Under the pieces are notes generated by a model. It ran no database searches and was not told the origin of the DNA. It saw only the letters and a program-made list of their open reading frames with translations. The translations under genes were made by a program, and so were the position numbers. Shown piece by piece: positions 1 through 10,215 of a stretch of DNA of 64,000 bases. The stretch spans positions 9,522 through 73,521 of the forward strand of contig CAMBFG010000003.1 of NCBI GenBank assembly GCA_945865925.1, in the 5' to 3' direction. The number at the start of each line of letters is the position of its first letter. Position 1 is the first letter of the stretch. This DNA is from Dehalococcoides mccartyi. GTDB taxonomy: Bacteria; Chloroflexota; Dehalococcoidia; UBA2979.

Positions 1-2249
1 TGGACCGTGCGCCTCGGCTGGCACACGACGTGGTGCAGATCTACACGACGCCTCGGATCGTGTCCGTGCTGGAGGCGGCGAACGCAGAGTCGTCCCGCCT
101 GCAGGACGAGTACGTGGGCGTGGAGCATCTGCTGATCGCGCTGTCCGATGTGCGCGACGGCGATGTGGCGGCGGTGCTCGCGGAGTTCTCGATCACGAAG
201 GAGCGCGTGTACCGCGCGCTGCAGCAGATCCGCGGGAACGCTCGGGTGGACTCGCCGACGGCGGAGTCGCGGTACCAGGCGCTGTCGAAGTACAGCACGG
301 ACCTGACCGAGGTGGCGCGCAACGGGAAGATCGACCCGGTGATCGGGCGCGACGAGGAAGTCGCACGCGTGATGCAAGTGTTGAACCGGCGCACGAAGAA
401 CAACCCGGTGCTGATCGGCGAGGCGGGCGTAGGCAAGACGGCCATCGTCGAGGGCCTCGCGCAGCGCATCGTGAACGGGGACGTGCCGGACCGGCTGAAG
501 GGGAAGCGCGTGCTCGCCCTCGACATGGGCGCGCTGCTGGCGGGCTCGAAGTTCCGCGGGGAGTTCGAGGAGCGCCTGCAGGCCGTGATGGCCGAGGTGA
601 AGCAGTCAGCCGGTGAGGTGATCCTCTTCATCGACGAGCTGCACCAGGTGGTCGGCGCTGGCGGCGCGGACGGGGCGATCGACGCCTCCAACATGATGAA
701 GCCGGCGCTGGCACGCGGTGAACTCCGGGTGATCGGTGCGACGACGCTCGACGAGTACCGCAAGCACATCGAGTCGGACGCGGCGCTGGAGCGGCGGTTC
801 TCGCCGGTGTTCGTGGACGAGCCGAGTGAGGACGAGGCGATCCAGATCCTGCACGGGATCCGCTCGAAGTATGAGGCGCACCACGGTGTGCCGATTACGG
901 ACGCGGCGATCGAGGCGGCGGTCCACCTGTCCGCGCGGTACATCCCGGACCGGAACCTGCCGGACAAGGCGATCGACCTCATCGACGAGGCGGGATCGAA
1001 GCATGTGATCCAGGCAGAGGCGATGTCGCCCGACCTGCGCGATCTGAAGCAGCGGCTCGACGACGCCTCGATGCGTCTCGACGCGGCAGCGGCGCGGCAG
1101 GACTTCGAGTCGGCGGCGCGGATCAAGCAGGAGGTACTCGCCATCCAGGCGGAGTACACCGAGCGTCGCGCGACGTGGCAGCGCGAGCACGGGCTGGGCG
1201 AGGAGGTCTCCGAGCAGGAGATCGCGGCGCTCATCGCGCAGATGACGGGGATCCCGGTCGACCGGATGCTCGAGGGCGAGGCGGACAAACTGCTGAAGAT
1301 GGAGGAGTTCCTCCACCAGCGGGTGATCGGCCAGGAACGAGCGATCTCGGCGCTGTCGGACGCGATCCGCCGCGCGCGGAGCGGGTTGAAGGACCCGCGC
1401 CGTCCGATCGGTTCGTTCATCTTCGTCGGCCCGACCGGCGTCGGTAAGACGTACCTGACGAAGGCGTTGGCGGAGTACCTGTTCGACGACCCGGACGCGC
1501 TGCTGCGGATCGACATGAGCGAATACCAGGAGCGGCACACGGTCTCGCGGTTGCTCGGTGCGCCTCCGGGGTACGTGGGCTTCGACCAGGCCGGTGAACT
1601 GACGGAGGCGGTGCGCCGCCGTCCGTACCAGGTGGTGCTGTTCGACGAGATCGAGAAGGCGCACCCGGACATCTTCAACACGCTGTTGCAGGTGATGGAC
1701 GACGGGCGGCTGACGGACAGTCACGGCCGCACGGTGGACTTCCGCAACACGGTGATCGTGATGACGAGCAACCTCGGCACCGGACAGAAGGTGGAGTCGG
1801 TGGGCTACCGGCGCACCAACTCGCCGGTGGAAAGCGACCGACAGCAGCGCGAGGTGGAGGGGGCATTGAAGCGGTTCTTCCGCCCGGAGTTCCTGAACCG
1901 GGTGGACGAGGTGGTGGTGTTCGAGCCGCTGACGGAGCCGGAGATCCAGCAGATCGCACGCCTCGAGGTGAACACGGTGGCGGAGCGGCTGTCGGACCGG
2001 AAAGTGAGGCTGGTGGTGACGGATGCCGCTGTGGCGCTGATCGCGAAGGAAGGGTTCGACCCGGACTTCGGGGCACGCCCGCTGCGCCGGCTGATCGAGC
2101 GCAAGGTGGAGAACCCACTCGCCCGCGAGATCCTCTCCGGTACCTACCAGGCAGGCGACCTCGTGACGGTGGATGTGGTGGACGGGCAGTTCGAGTTCAC
2201 GCGGACGGCGGGGGCGCCGTCGGACGTAGTGGAGGCGACGGTGGCGTAA
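1..2249 (+). CDS. clpC: ATP-dependent Clp protease ATP-binding subunit, ClpC type (5' end lies outside the window)
   Basis: Clp-N repeat remnant, two AAA+ modules ([16 protein letters not shown]), short UVR-like middle domain rather than the long ClpB coil, VGY ClpP-docking-like loop; frame is open to the window edge. Confidence 0.9.
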   Translation, partial: DRAPRLAHDVVQIYTTPRIVSVLEAANAESSRLQDEYVGVEHLLIALSDVRDGDVAAVLAEFSITKERVYRALQQIRGNARVDSPTAESRYQALSKYSTDLTEVARNGKIDPVIGRDEEVARVMQVLNRRTKNNPVLIGEAGVGKTAIVEGLAQRIVNGDVPDRLKGKRVLALDMGALLAGSKFRGEFEERLQAVMAEVKQSAGEVILFIDELHQVVGAGGADGAIDASNMMKPALARGELRVIGATTLDEYRKHIESDAALERRFSPVFVDEPSEDEAIQILHGIRSKYEAHHGVPITDAAIEAAVHLSARYIPDRNLPDKAIDLIDEAGSKHVIQAEAMSPDLRDLKQRLDDASMRLDAAAARQDFESAARIKQEVLAIQAEYTERRATWQREHGLGEEVSEQEIAALIAQMTGIPVDRMLEGEADKLLKMEEFLHQRVIGQERAISALSDAIRRARSGLKDPRRPIGSFIFVGPTGVGKTYLTKALAEYLFDDPDALLRIDMSEYQERHTVSRLLGAPPGYVGFDQAGELTEAVRRRPYQVVLFDEIEKAHPDIFNTLLQVMDDGRLTDSHGRTVDFRNTVIVMTSNLGTGQKVESVGYRRTNSPVESDRQQREVEGALKRFFRPEFLNRVDEVVVFEPLTEPEIQQIARLEVNTVAERLSDRKVRLVVTDAAVALIAKEGFDPDFGARPLRRLIERKVENPLAREILSGTYQAGDLVTVDVVDGQFEFTRTAGAPSDVVEATVA

Positions 2250-2270
2250 GGCCTCGACGGGTGGGAAGTG

Positions 2271-2305
2271 CGAGGGCGTCCGGCGACGGGCGCCCTCGTT
2301 GTTTG
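2271..2305 (+). terminator. Rho-independent terminator-like hairpin after clpC
   Basis: CGAGGGCGTCCG-gcga-CGGGCGCCCTCG followed by TTGTTT. Confidence 0.6.
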
Positions 2306-2426
2306 TGCGTGGGGGGTGCCACGCCCTCATGCGATTCACACTTCCGTTGCAACCGGGCGGAGACCTCGCGGTAACATCGAGGGTGCGCGGGACACTTCGG
2401 ATCCTTCGCTGGAGGCTGGTGTCGGA

Positions 2427-3254
2427 ATGAACAATCTCAAGACGGTGGTGCTGCTGGCGGCGTTGAGCGGACTGCTGATCGCGGTCGGTGGCGCGATTGG
2501 TGGGGCGAGCGGGGCGCTGCTGTTCTTCGGGTTCTCGCTGCTGCTGAACGCGGGGTCGTACTGGTTCTCCGCGGACATCGTGTTGAAGACGTCGGGGGCG
2601 CACGAGATCCAGCGCGAGCAGGACCCGGCACTGTTCGACATGGTGGCCGAGGTGGCGCGACGCGCGGAGATGCCGATGCCTCGCGTGTACGCGATGGACT
2701 CGGCGCAGCCGAACGCGTTTGCGACCGGGCGGTCGCCGAAGCACGCGGCGGTGGCGGTGACCGCCGGCATCCGGCAGTTGCTGTCCGACCGCGAGTTGTT
2801 CGCGGTGCTGGCGCACGAGATCTCGCACGTGAAGAACCGCGACATCCTGATCAACAGTGTGGTGGCGGCGATCGCTTCTGCGATCTCGATGATCGGGTGG
2901 ATCGGGATGTTCACCGGCGGCGGTGGCGACCGTGACAACCGAGGCAGCAACCTGATCGCCATCCTCGTGGCGCCGATCGCGGCGTCGCTGATCCAGATGG
3001 GGATCTCGCGCTCCCGGGAGTTCGAGGCGGACGCGGACGGCGCGACGGTGTCAGGGGACCCGGAGGCGCTGGCGTCGGCGTTGCAGCGACTCGAGATGGG
3101 CGCGCGCCGGATGCCGATGAACGTGCCCAAGTCGACGGCTCACCTGTTCATCGTGAACCCCTTCGCCGGGGTGAGTGCGCGCAATCTGTTCTCGACGCAC
3201 CCGCCGACCGAGGAGCGGGTGGCACGACTGCAGAAGATGGCTTCGCGCCAGTAG
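2427..3254 (+). CDS. htpX: Zinc metalloprotease HtpX (M48)
   Basis: PNAFATG, AHEISH zinc motif, SRSREFEAD, FSTHPP; GGAGG upstream of ATG 2427. Confidence 0.92.
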   Translation: MNNLKTVVLLAALSGLLIAVGGAIGGASGALLFFGFSLLLNAGSYWFSADIVLKTSGAHEIQREQDPALFDMVAEVARRAEMPMPRVYAMDSAQPNAFATGRSPKHAAVAVTAGIRQLLSDRELFAVLAHEISHVKNRDILINSVVAAIASAISMIGWIGMFTGGGGDRDNRGSNLIAILVAPIAASLIQMGISRSREFEADADGATVSGDPEALASALQRLEMGARRMPMNVPKSTAHLFIVNPFAGVSARNLFSTHPPTEERVARLQKMASRQ

Positions 3255-3281
3255 CCGTCGGCGCCCGGTGGCGGACAGATG

Positions 3282-3315
3282 GAGAGGGCGCCCGATGGGC
3301 GCCCTCTCTTGTTGT
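3282..3315. terminator. Hairpin between convergent genes
   Basis: Perfect 12-bp stem GAGAGGGCGCCC/GGGCGCCCTCTC followed by TTGTTGT. Confidence 0.65.
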
Positions 3316-3334
3316 GTGGCCTCGGGGCGTCGCT

Positions 3335-3739
3335 CTACGCGGCGGGCGGGCGCTGGATGAGTTCGATGCGGATGTTGTCCGGACAGCGGATGAAGCAGAT
3401 CCGCTGGACGGGCGGCGTCGACGGTGGAGGTGGTGCCTGGAGGAGGACGGCGCCGAGGCCGGTGAGCCTCGCGAGGTCCGCTTCGAGGTTGTCGGAGTCG
3501 AAGCCGAAGTGCTCGAGGCCTTCGTGGGCGTTGGCATCGCCTGGTCCGAGGGTCTCGCCGGTACGCGCTCCGGAGATGTTGACGGTGATGCCGTTCTCCG
3601 ACCGGCAAGCGACGAAGCGGTCGCCGACATCGCGGACGGTGTCGCTGACGATGGTGAAGTTGAAGGCCTTCACCCACCAGTCGGCGACGACCTTGGGGTC
3701 GGTCGCCTTGAGGTGGATGTGGTTGATGTTGAAGGGCAT
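3335..3739 (-). CDS. VOC/glyoxalase family protein
   Basis: INHIHL...GLEHFGF...PDNIRIELIQ motifs; AGGAG RBS. Confidence 0.85.
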   Translation of the reverse strand: MPFNINHIHLKATDPKVVADWWVKAFNFTIVSDTVRDVGDRFVACRSENGITVNISGARTGETLGPGDANAHEGLEHFGFDSDNLEADLARLTGLGAVLLQAPPPPSTPPVQRICFIRCPDNIRIELIQRPPAA

Positions 3740-3800
3740 GCGGCACTCCTGCTTCGGTGGTTGGGGTGGGGAGAGGGTAGCGCGGGCGAGTACGCACGAA

Positions 3801-3830
3801 GAGGCCGCCCTTGCGGGCGGCCTCCTGTTT
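3801..3830. terminator. Hairpin downstream of the acyl-CoA dehydrogenase pair
   Basis: GAGGCCGCCC-ttgc-GGGCGGCCTC. Confidence 0.5.
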
Positions 3831-3870
3831 GCGTTCCGCGTGCGGCCGAGGCCGCTCGGGGGTGCCTCGG

Positions 3871-4986
3871 CTAGAGGCCGAGCTGCTGTGCGACCAGCTC
3901 GCGGTGGAAGTCGGCGTCGCCGAAGGCGAGCTCGGCCCGCTTCTGGCGGCGGTAGAACAGCTGGATCTTGTAGTCCTTGGTGAAGCCGATACCACCGTGG
4001 ATCTGCTGGCCGTGGGCGACCACTCGACGAGTGGCCTCCGAGCACCAGGCCTTCGCCATGTTGACGGCGATGGAGGTCTCGGCGGCGGGCTGGCCGGCCG
4101 AGATCGACCAGGCAGCCTTGTACATGATGAAGCGGGAGCCATCGACGTCCGTGACCATGTCAGCGCACTTGTGCTGGATGGCCTGGAAGGAGCCGATCGG
4201 GCGGCCGAACTGGACGCGCTCCTTGGCGTAGTCCACGGCGATTTCGAAGTCCATCTGCGCGAGGCCCACGAGGTAGGCGCACTCGGCAACGGTGTACTTC
4301 TGGATGACCGGGGCGAGGGCAGCCCAGCCGGCACCATCGGCACCGAGGAGCTGGCCCTTGGCGCCGTTGAGGACGACTTCGCACTGCTTGTCGCGGGCGA
4401 TGGTCTGGAGGACCGTCGTCTTCACGCCGTCCTGCTTGGTCGGGACGATGGCGAGGGTGACACCCTTGGCCGTGCGGGCCGCGACGATCAGGTAGTCAGC
4501 GACGTGGGCGTCCGGGACGAACAACTTCGTGCCGTTGATGGTGACGTCGTTGCCGGAGACGGTGGCCTTCGCCTGGATGCCAGACTCGTCGAAGCGAGCG
4601 GACGGCTCCGTGAGGGCGAGGGTGAAGATGAGTTCACCCGCGGCGATCTTGGGCAGGAATTCCTGCTTCTGGGCGTCCGAACCGGCCTCGAGGATCGGGA
4701 CGGCGCCGCCGAAGACGGAGGACATGTACGGGCCCGGGACGAGCGCGCGACCGAGTTCCTCCACGAGGACCATCTGGTCGACGAAGTCGAAGCCAGCGCC
4801 GCCGTACTGCTCCGGAACCAAGAGGCCGTGCCAGCCCTGCTCCGCCATCTTCTGCCAGAGGACGGGGGAGTAGCCCTTTTCGTCCTCTTCCATTTCCCGG
4901 ACGTGCGTCTCCGGGCACTCGTTCTCCAGGAACTCGCGGGCGGAGTTCTTCAGGAGCTCCTGCTGTTCATTCAGTCCCAGGTCCAC
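3871..4986 (-). CDS. Acyl-CoA dehydrogenase family, short FadE27/28-like partner subunit
   Basis: ALTEP, GTKLFV, RVQFGRPIGSFQAIQH, QIHGGIGFT motifs. Confidence 0.88.
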   Translation of the reverse strand: MDLGLNEQQELLKNSAREFLENECPETHVREMEEDEKGYSPVLWQKMAEQGWHGLLVPEQYGGAGFDFVDQMVLVEELGRALVPGPYMSSVFGGAVPILEAGSDAQKQEFLPKIAAGELIFTLALTEPSARFDESGIQAKATVSGNDVTINGTKLFVPDAHVADYLIVAARTAKGVTLAIVPTKQDGVKTTVLQTIARDKQCEVVLNGAKGQLLGADGAGWAALAPVIQKYTVAECAYLVGLAQMDFEIAVDYAKERVQFGRPIGSFQAIQHKCADMVTDVDGSRFIMYKAAWSISAGQPAAETSIAVNMAKAWCSEATRRVVAHGQQIHGGIGFTKDYKIQLFYRRQKRAELAFGDADFHRELVAQQLGL

Positions 4987-5061
4987 AGTGCATCCCTCCC
5001 AATCGCGTCCAGCGAGACTGCCGGTACGCGTGCTGCTCTGTCCGTGCGTCCTCGCTGAGGA

Positions 5062-6291
5062 CTAACCGCGCGGAAGGCCGAGGCCCCGCGTGGCGATGAC
5101 GTTGCGCTGGATTTCGTTCGAGCCCGAGAAGATGGAGTGCGGCACCGAACCCACGTAGTCGTGGATGTGTGCAGCGCCCATCGGCGCGTACTTCGAGGTG
5201 CGGTCCCAGACGTTCGCGTAGAGGCCCCACGCCTTGCTCTGCGTCCGAGACAGGCGCTGGTGCAACTCGGAGCCGAAGGTCTTGTTGACCGAGGCCTCGT
5301 AGTTCGGCACCAGGCCGCGGTTCTGGATGCTGACGATGCGGAAGGCGAAGTTGAACAGCACTTCGGTCTCGATGGCGCGGTCCGCCAGTTCGAGGCGCGT
5401 GGTGTTCCAGTCCTGGCGCTGGAAAGACTTGCCCTTGCCGCCGAGGAATTCCTTCATCTCGCCCATGCCTCGACGGTACGAGACCGCGCCGGCGATGCCG
5501 GAGCGCTCGAAGTCGAGCAGGGTCATGCCGACGTACCAGCCGCGGTTCTCTTCACCGATGAGGTTCTTGGCCGGGACGCGGACGTCCTCGAAGAACGTCT
5601 CGTTGAACCCGTGCTCCCAGCCCATGTTGATGAGCGGGCGGACGGAGAGACCCGGGGTCTTGATGTCCATGATCATGAAGGAGATGCCGCGGTGCTTCGG
5701 CGCCTGCGGGTCCGTGCGGACGAGGGCGAAGAGCCAGTCCGCGAAGTGCGCGCCAGACGTCCAGATCTTCTGGCCGTTGATGACGAACTCGTCGCCATCA
5801 CGGACGGCACGCGTCTGCAGCGAGGCCAGGTCCGAGCCCGCGCCCGGCTCCGAGTAGCCCTGCGCCCAGGCGACTTCACCGGAGAGGATGCGAGAGAGGT
5901 GTTCCTTCTTCTGCTCCTCTGAGCCGTGGACGATGAGGGTGGGGCCGAGCATCGAGACGCCCATGCCACCGACCGAGGGGGCGGCCGCTTCGGCCATCTC
6001 CTGGTTGTAGATGAACTGCTCGACCGTGGAGAGTCCGGCTCCGCCGTACTCCTTGGGCCACGCGGGGGCGATCCAGCCCTTGTCCGCGAGGGCGGTCGCC
6101 CACTGCGAGGCGGTGGCGACGCGCTTCGGGTCGGTGGACTTGCGGTCCGCCTGCCAACCACCTGCGAAGCCCTCGCCCTCGCCGGTGGCCTCGCCGGCCT
6201 TGGGCTTGTACGGGTCGGGCAGTTTGGCTTGAATAAAGGCACGAACTTCCTGTCGGAAGTTGGCCTGCTCCGGGCTGTCGCTCCAGTCCAT
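5062..6291 (-). CDS. Acyl-CoA dehydrogenase family, FadE26/29-like
   Basis: GYSEPGAGSDLASL, INGQKIWTS, LDFER, GSNEIQRNVIA. Confidence 0.92.
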   Translation of the reverse strand: MDWSDSPEQANFRQEVRAFIQAKLPDPYKPKAGEATGEGEGFAGGWQADRKSTDPKRVATASQWATALADKGWIAPAWPKEYGGAGLSTVEQFIYNQEMAEAAAPSVGGMGVSMLGPTLIVHGSEEQKKEHLSRILSGEVAWAQGYSEPGAGSDLASLQTRAVRDGDEFVINGQKIWTSGAHFADWLFALVRTDPQAPKHRGISFMIMDIKTPGLSVRPLINMGWEHGFNETFFEDVRVPAKNLIGEENRGWYVGMTLLDFERSGIAGAVSYRRGMGEMKEFLGGKGKSFQRQDWNTTRLELADRAIETEVLFNFAFRIVSIQNRGLVPNYEASVNKTFGSELHQRLSRTQSKAWGLYANVWDRTSKYAPMGAAHIHDYVGSVPHSIFSGSNEIQRNVIATRGLGLPRG

Positions 6292-6631
6292 CGGGTGTCC
6301 CTTCTTCCTCTCGGCGGTACTGCGCGTGTGCTGCAGTCCGGGCGGAGGCTGTGCGGCGAACGTGCGGCCTCGGCCGCGATCACTCAATCTTCCGACCACC
6401 TCGGAGGAGGCAGCGCGTCAGACACGGGCGTGCGCTTGAGGCATGAGGAGTCTCGCGCGACGTCCCCGCCATCCCCCGACTGCCGCAGTCGGGCCGCGCG
6501 AGCGCACTATCCTCGGATTCGGGTGCCGGGTCAACCGCCGCTGACGCCCGCGTGAAGGTGGAATCTGGCGGGTTGACCCGCGGTGGCGGGGGTCGCATGA
6601 TCCGGGGCGGGTGGTCAAAGGGAGTCCGCTC

Positions 6632-7576
6632 ATGCGCTTCGGTTCCCGCGGTCGAGAAGACGAGGGGCGGACGATGCCTCAGGTACCCCCACCGGCGCTG
6701 CCCGCCCAGCCAGCCTCCCACGTGCCGACATCTCTGCAGGCACCCGCCATCGAGCGCGCGGTGCCGCCGAGCAAGCGCCTTCAGCGTGTCGCGGAGCATT
6801 TCCACTCTCAGGGTGAACTCCTCGCCGCGATGCGGGAGCAGTTCGAGACCGAGATGGAGCCGATGCAGGACCTGCTGGTCCGGCAATCCCACGCGATGCA
6901 GCGCTTGATGTCCAACCTCGACGAGCGCCTGCGTCCGCTGAATGAGAACGCGGACGGCGAGGAGTCGAACCTCCACGCGCTGGAGTCGCGGATCTCGGCG
7001 GGTGGCCCGGACCACGTCGCGCGGGCGTTCCAGCCCTACCTCGAAGACCAGCGCAACCGGATCAACTCGACACGCACCCAGATCGAGCAGCAGCGGATCC
7101 CGTTCTCTCAGTACGGCGAGGACGCGCGCGAGGCGGTCGAGGTGGCGCTGTCGCGCTTCGACCACGATATGGATGCCCTGGAGCAGAACCTGGCCGAACA
7201 GCGCCGGGTGATGATGCGGATGCTGGACGCGATGCGTTCCGAGGCCTTCGCCGCAGTGAAGGTGTACCTGGACGGCCGCCAGGAGGCGATCGGTCAGATC
7301 GCCTCGGCAGGCTCGACAGACCCGCAGGAGATCGGTCGGGCGATGCAGGCTCTCCGCAACGAGGTGGAGGGGATGGCGCGCCAGTCCGACCACATCAAGC
7401 AAGTGCTGGACAAGACGGACCTCTCCGACCGCCAGTTGGTGTCGATGTCGGTCGTTGGCCCTCGGGCGATGGCGGCACCGCCGACGCCGGCCGCTCCGAC
7501 TCAGCCGGCCATGCCTGCGATGCCGGCCCTGACGATGGAAGATGTGGACGGGGCGAGCGCGTCGTCAGACGCATAG
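6632..7576 (+). CDS. Hypothetical coiled-coil protein
   Basis: Long E/Q/R/M-rich helical core flanked by Pro/Ala-rich tails; GGGAG RBS. Confidence 0.7.
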   Translation: MRFGSRGREDEGRTMPQVPPPALPAQPASHVPTSLQAPAIERAVPPSKRLQRVAEHFHSQGELLAAMREQFETEMEPMQDLLVRQSHAMQRLMSNLDERLRPLNENADGEESNLHALESRISAGGPDHVARAFQPYLEDQRNRINSTRTQIEQQRIPFSQYGEDAREAVEVALSRFDHDMDALEQNLAEQRRVMMRMLDAMRSEAFAAVKVYLDGRQEAIGQIASAGSTDPQEIGRAMQALRNEVEGMARQSDHIKQVLDKTDLSDRQLVSMSVVGPRAMAAPPTPAAPTQPAMPAMPALTMEDVDGASASSDA

Positions 7577-7600
7577 CGCTCGACGGTTGGTTGGCTGATC

Positions 7601-7629
7601 GAGAGGGGGCGCCGCGAGGCGCCCTCTCT
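7601..7629. terminator. Hairpin between convergent genes
   Basis: GAGAGGGGGCGCC-gcga-GGCGCCCTCTC. Confidence 0.55.
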
Positions 7630-7719
7630 GTGTGTTGAGGTGAGCAACGGAGTAGCCCTCGATGGTGGCCGTTCGATGTTGGGCAGAGGCTCGCACTGCT
7701 GCGCTACGCGCAGACGCGG

Positions 7720-9522
7720 CTAGCCGCCAGTACAGGTCGCGTCTGGGGGGATGCGGAAGGTGATGGGGACGGGTGGGCTGGCGGCGGTGTAGTTGAGGCG
7801 GGTGGCCTGGGCGCCGAAGCGGATGCCGACAGCCGGGGTGTAGTACCAACCGGCGCATTTGCCCGAGATGACAGTGATGTAGCCAGAGCCCTCCGGGGTA
7901 CCGATCGTGTACGAGCCGCCGGAGGTGGTGGTGGTCGGGGCGCAGCGGTCGGCGAAGCAGACGCTGACGCTGACGCCCGTGATGCCTCGGCCGGAGGTGT
8001 CTTCGACGCGCCCGGTCGTGGTCACGCAGGGCCCCGCGACGAAGTTGACGTCCGGGATGGTGACAGCGGTCCCGCCGAGCGCAAACACTCGGGCGTTCAC
8101 GGAGCCACCGACGATGGTGCTGCTGGATGAGAGGTAACCCCCACGGTTGCAGGCCTCGTCGAACACGACGCGGTAGTTCCCGGTCGCGGCGACCGCCATC
8201 TGGAACACGCCGCTGGCGGGGATGGCGACGCCGGGGCAAGACTGTCCCGCCGGCCCATCCACGCGGCAGATGTAGAAGTTCCATCCGGTCCCAGGCGCTG
8301 CCCCATTCAGCGCGAAACGCCCACGGAGGATGGGCGATGACTCGGCCCGGAACGCCTCGAACTGACGATAGAAGTCGGTGGGACTGATGCCGTAGGCGCT
8401 CTGGAAGGCGGCCTCCCACGTCGCGGCGGTGCGCATGTTGCGCCAGAACGTGGAGGCCGCACCGGGAGTGGTGCGGTCCGCGAGCCAGGCGTGCGCGAGC
8501 GATCCGACGCGATACGGGTCGAGGGCGTGACAGCCCTCGAGGCGTGCGCGGGCCTCATCACACGTCCGGGTGATCGCCGAGATCGGCGAGGCGGTGAGCG
8601 CCGCGGCAGGGCGCAGGCGAGCGGTGAGCGAGGTGGCGTTGCCCGTCAGGGTGTCTACGTAGCGATGCGCGGCGTAGTCCGCTGAACCTTCGATCGCCCA
8701 GAGGGGCGCGTCTGCGAGGCGGTTGTTGGAGAGGCGATCCTGGACCAGGTGGAAGTACTCGTGTGCGATCACCCAGATCGCGGAACGCTCGTCCGGGGCG
8801 GCGGGCCAGCCCTTCGCGACCGAGAGGATCAGCGGCTTGTTGTCCGGCGTGGAGCGCGGGATCGCGATCGCCGCCCAGCGTTCCGAGTTGAATCGTGTAA
8901 TCGCTTCAGCCCGGGTGCGTCGGGTCGCGGTCGCGTAACGGTCAGCGAGTTCGCTCTCGAAGTCCGTGGCCAGCACCAGCGTCAGGCCTTCGAAGGTCAA
9001 GCCGACTTCGCGCTCCCAGTAGTCCTCGAGCGCCTTGATCTGTGTGGTGGCGGTCGTCTGCTCCGCCGGAGTAATCGAGGCGGCGAAGACCAGGGTGGCG
9101 CGCGGGACGCCGGTGATGGGCGCCGTGGTCGGGGTGGGCGTCGATGTCGCGGTCGAGGTGGGCGTGGCGACGGGGGTTGAGGGGCGAGTGCCATCGCAGA
9201 GGTACAGGACGGGCGAGTTCGCCGCGAGGTTGGCCGGGAAACCGGCGTTCACGAAGGAGGGCGCACCGGCGACGAAGGTGCGCAGCACGCCGCTTTGCAC
9301 GACGCCGATGCTCCGCGCGTTGCAGCCGCGCAGGGCGAGCGATCCAACGACATCGACGGGTGGCAGGTCCACGGTGAGCAGGCCCAGGCCGACGCCAGAG
9401 GTGGGGACGTCGCCGCGGATGGCATCGGGGGAGGGGGCGGCCTCGGCGTTTGAGGTGGCGAAGGCGACGGTGGCGAGCGTAGCGACGACGAAGGCGACCC
9501 AGCGGAGGCTCGTCGATTTCAT
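7720..9522 (-). CDS. Secreted zinc metallopeptidase (gluzincin/MA-like) with an N-terminal GAPxFVN module and C-terminal Cys-containing beta domains
   Basis: Signal peptide ending AEA; Pro/Thr linker; AHEYFH plus WAIEG third-ligand motif. Confidence 0.75.
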   Translation of the reverse strand: MKSTSLRWVAFVVATLATVAFATSNAEAAPSPDAIRGDVPTSGVGLGLLTVDLPPVDVVGSLALRGCNARSIGVVQSGVLRTFVAGAPSFVNAGFPANLAANSPVLYLCDGTRPSTPVATPTSTATSTPTPTTAPITGVPRATLVFAASITPAEQTTATTQIKALEDYWEREVGLTFEGLTLVLATDFESELADRYATATRRTRAEAITRFNSERWAAIAIPRSTPDNKPLILSVAKGWPAAPDERSAIWVIAHEYFHLVQDRLSNNRLADAPLWAIEGSADYAAHRYVDTLTGNATSLTARLRPAAALTASPISAITRTCDEARARLEGCHALDPYRVGSLAHAWLADRTTPGAASTFWRNMRTAATWEAAFQSAYGISPTDFYRQFEAFRAESSPILRGRFALNGAAPGTGWNFYICRVDGPAGQSCPGVAIPASGVFQMAVAATGNYRVVFDEACNRGGYLSSSSTIVGGSVNARVFALGGTAVTIPDVNFVAGPCVTTTGRVEDTSGRGITGVSVSVCFADRCAPTTTTSGGSYTIGTPEGSGYITVISGKCAGWYYTPAVGIRFGAQATRLNYTAASPPVPITFRIPPDATCTGG

Positions 9523-9580
9523 CGCGGCAGTGTACGGGTTGGCCGCGCGTGAGGTGACGACGTGTCACCCGCCAGGTACG

Positions 9581-9611
9581 TGCATGAGGGCGCCGTGGGC
9601 GCCCTCATGCA
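9581..9611. terminator. Perfect palindromic hairpin
   Basis: TGCATGAGGGCGCC-gtg-GGCGCCCTCATGCA. Confidence 0.55.
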
Positions 9612-9637
9612 TCGAATGACCGGCGCGTGCCAGCGCG

Positions 9638-10069
9638 CTACGGCCGAGGCTGGTTGGGGGCGGTGTCCAAGTCTTCGACGACGAAGGTGCCGAAGTAGCG
9701 AATGGACTGACCACCCGTCCGCTGCATCGTGTCGCTCGCGAGCAAGCGCTGTTCCTTCGCCTCGGTGTGTGCCCCAACGACCGAGCCACCGGACTTGAGG
9801 GCCTTCGAGTATTCGTCGAGGGTGTCCTTGTCGCCGAGTTCCTCGACGGTGCGCTCCGCCGTGGCGGCGATACCGTGCTCGGTGCCGTCCGCGTCGACCT
9901 TCTTCGCGTCGTCAGGGCGGGTGAGGATGATCAGTTCTGTTTCCGCGAAGCCGGCGGCGATGAGCCCGCCGACGGCTGCCTCTGCCTGGATGTGTCCCTC
10001 AAAGATGCCGAGGACGTAGTCCTTCGGATACCCGATGAACGCGTCGTCGCGGGTGAGTTCGAGTGTCAT
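9638..10069 (-). CDS. Hypothetical protein (general-stress-protein-like)
   Basis: Good GAGG RBS; pattern VLGIF...AEAAV.GL..AGF. Confidence 0.65.
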   Translation of the reverse strand: MTLELTRDDAFIGYPKDYVLGIFEGHIQAEAAVGGLIAAGFAETELIILTRPDDAKKVDADGTEHGIAATAERTVEELGDKDTLDEYSKALKSGGSVVGAHTEAKEQRLLASDTMQRTGGQSIRYFGTFVVEDLDTAPNQPRP

Positions 10070-10215
10070 GGATGCACCTCGTGTTCAGGGAGGCTCAGCC
10101 TCCTAGATCAACGCTAACCAGCGACGGCTGACGGGCCGATCACACCGCAGCCCCTGACGTCGCAATAGCGTGACAACGAAGCGGATCCCGGATTGGGCGC
10201 GCCTATACTCGCTGC

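Noticed and set aside
1-2249. Calling the Clp ATPase ClpB
   Set aside because: The middle domain is short and UVR-like and a ClpP-docking-like tripeptide is present, favouring ClpC.
2250-2426. CIRCE or HAIR heat-shock operator between clpC and htpX
   Set aside because: No TTAGCACTC-n9-GAGTGCTAA or CTTGAGT-n7-ACTCAAG match.
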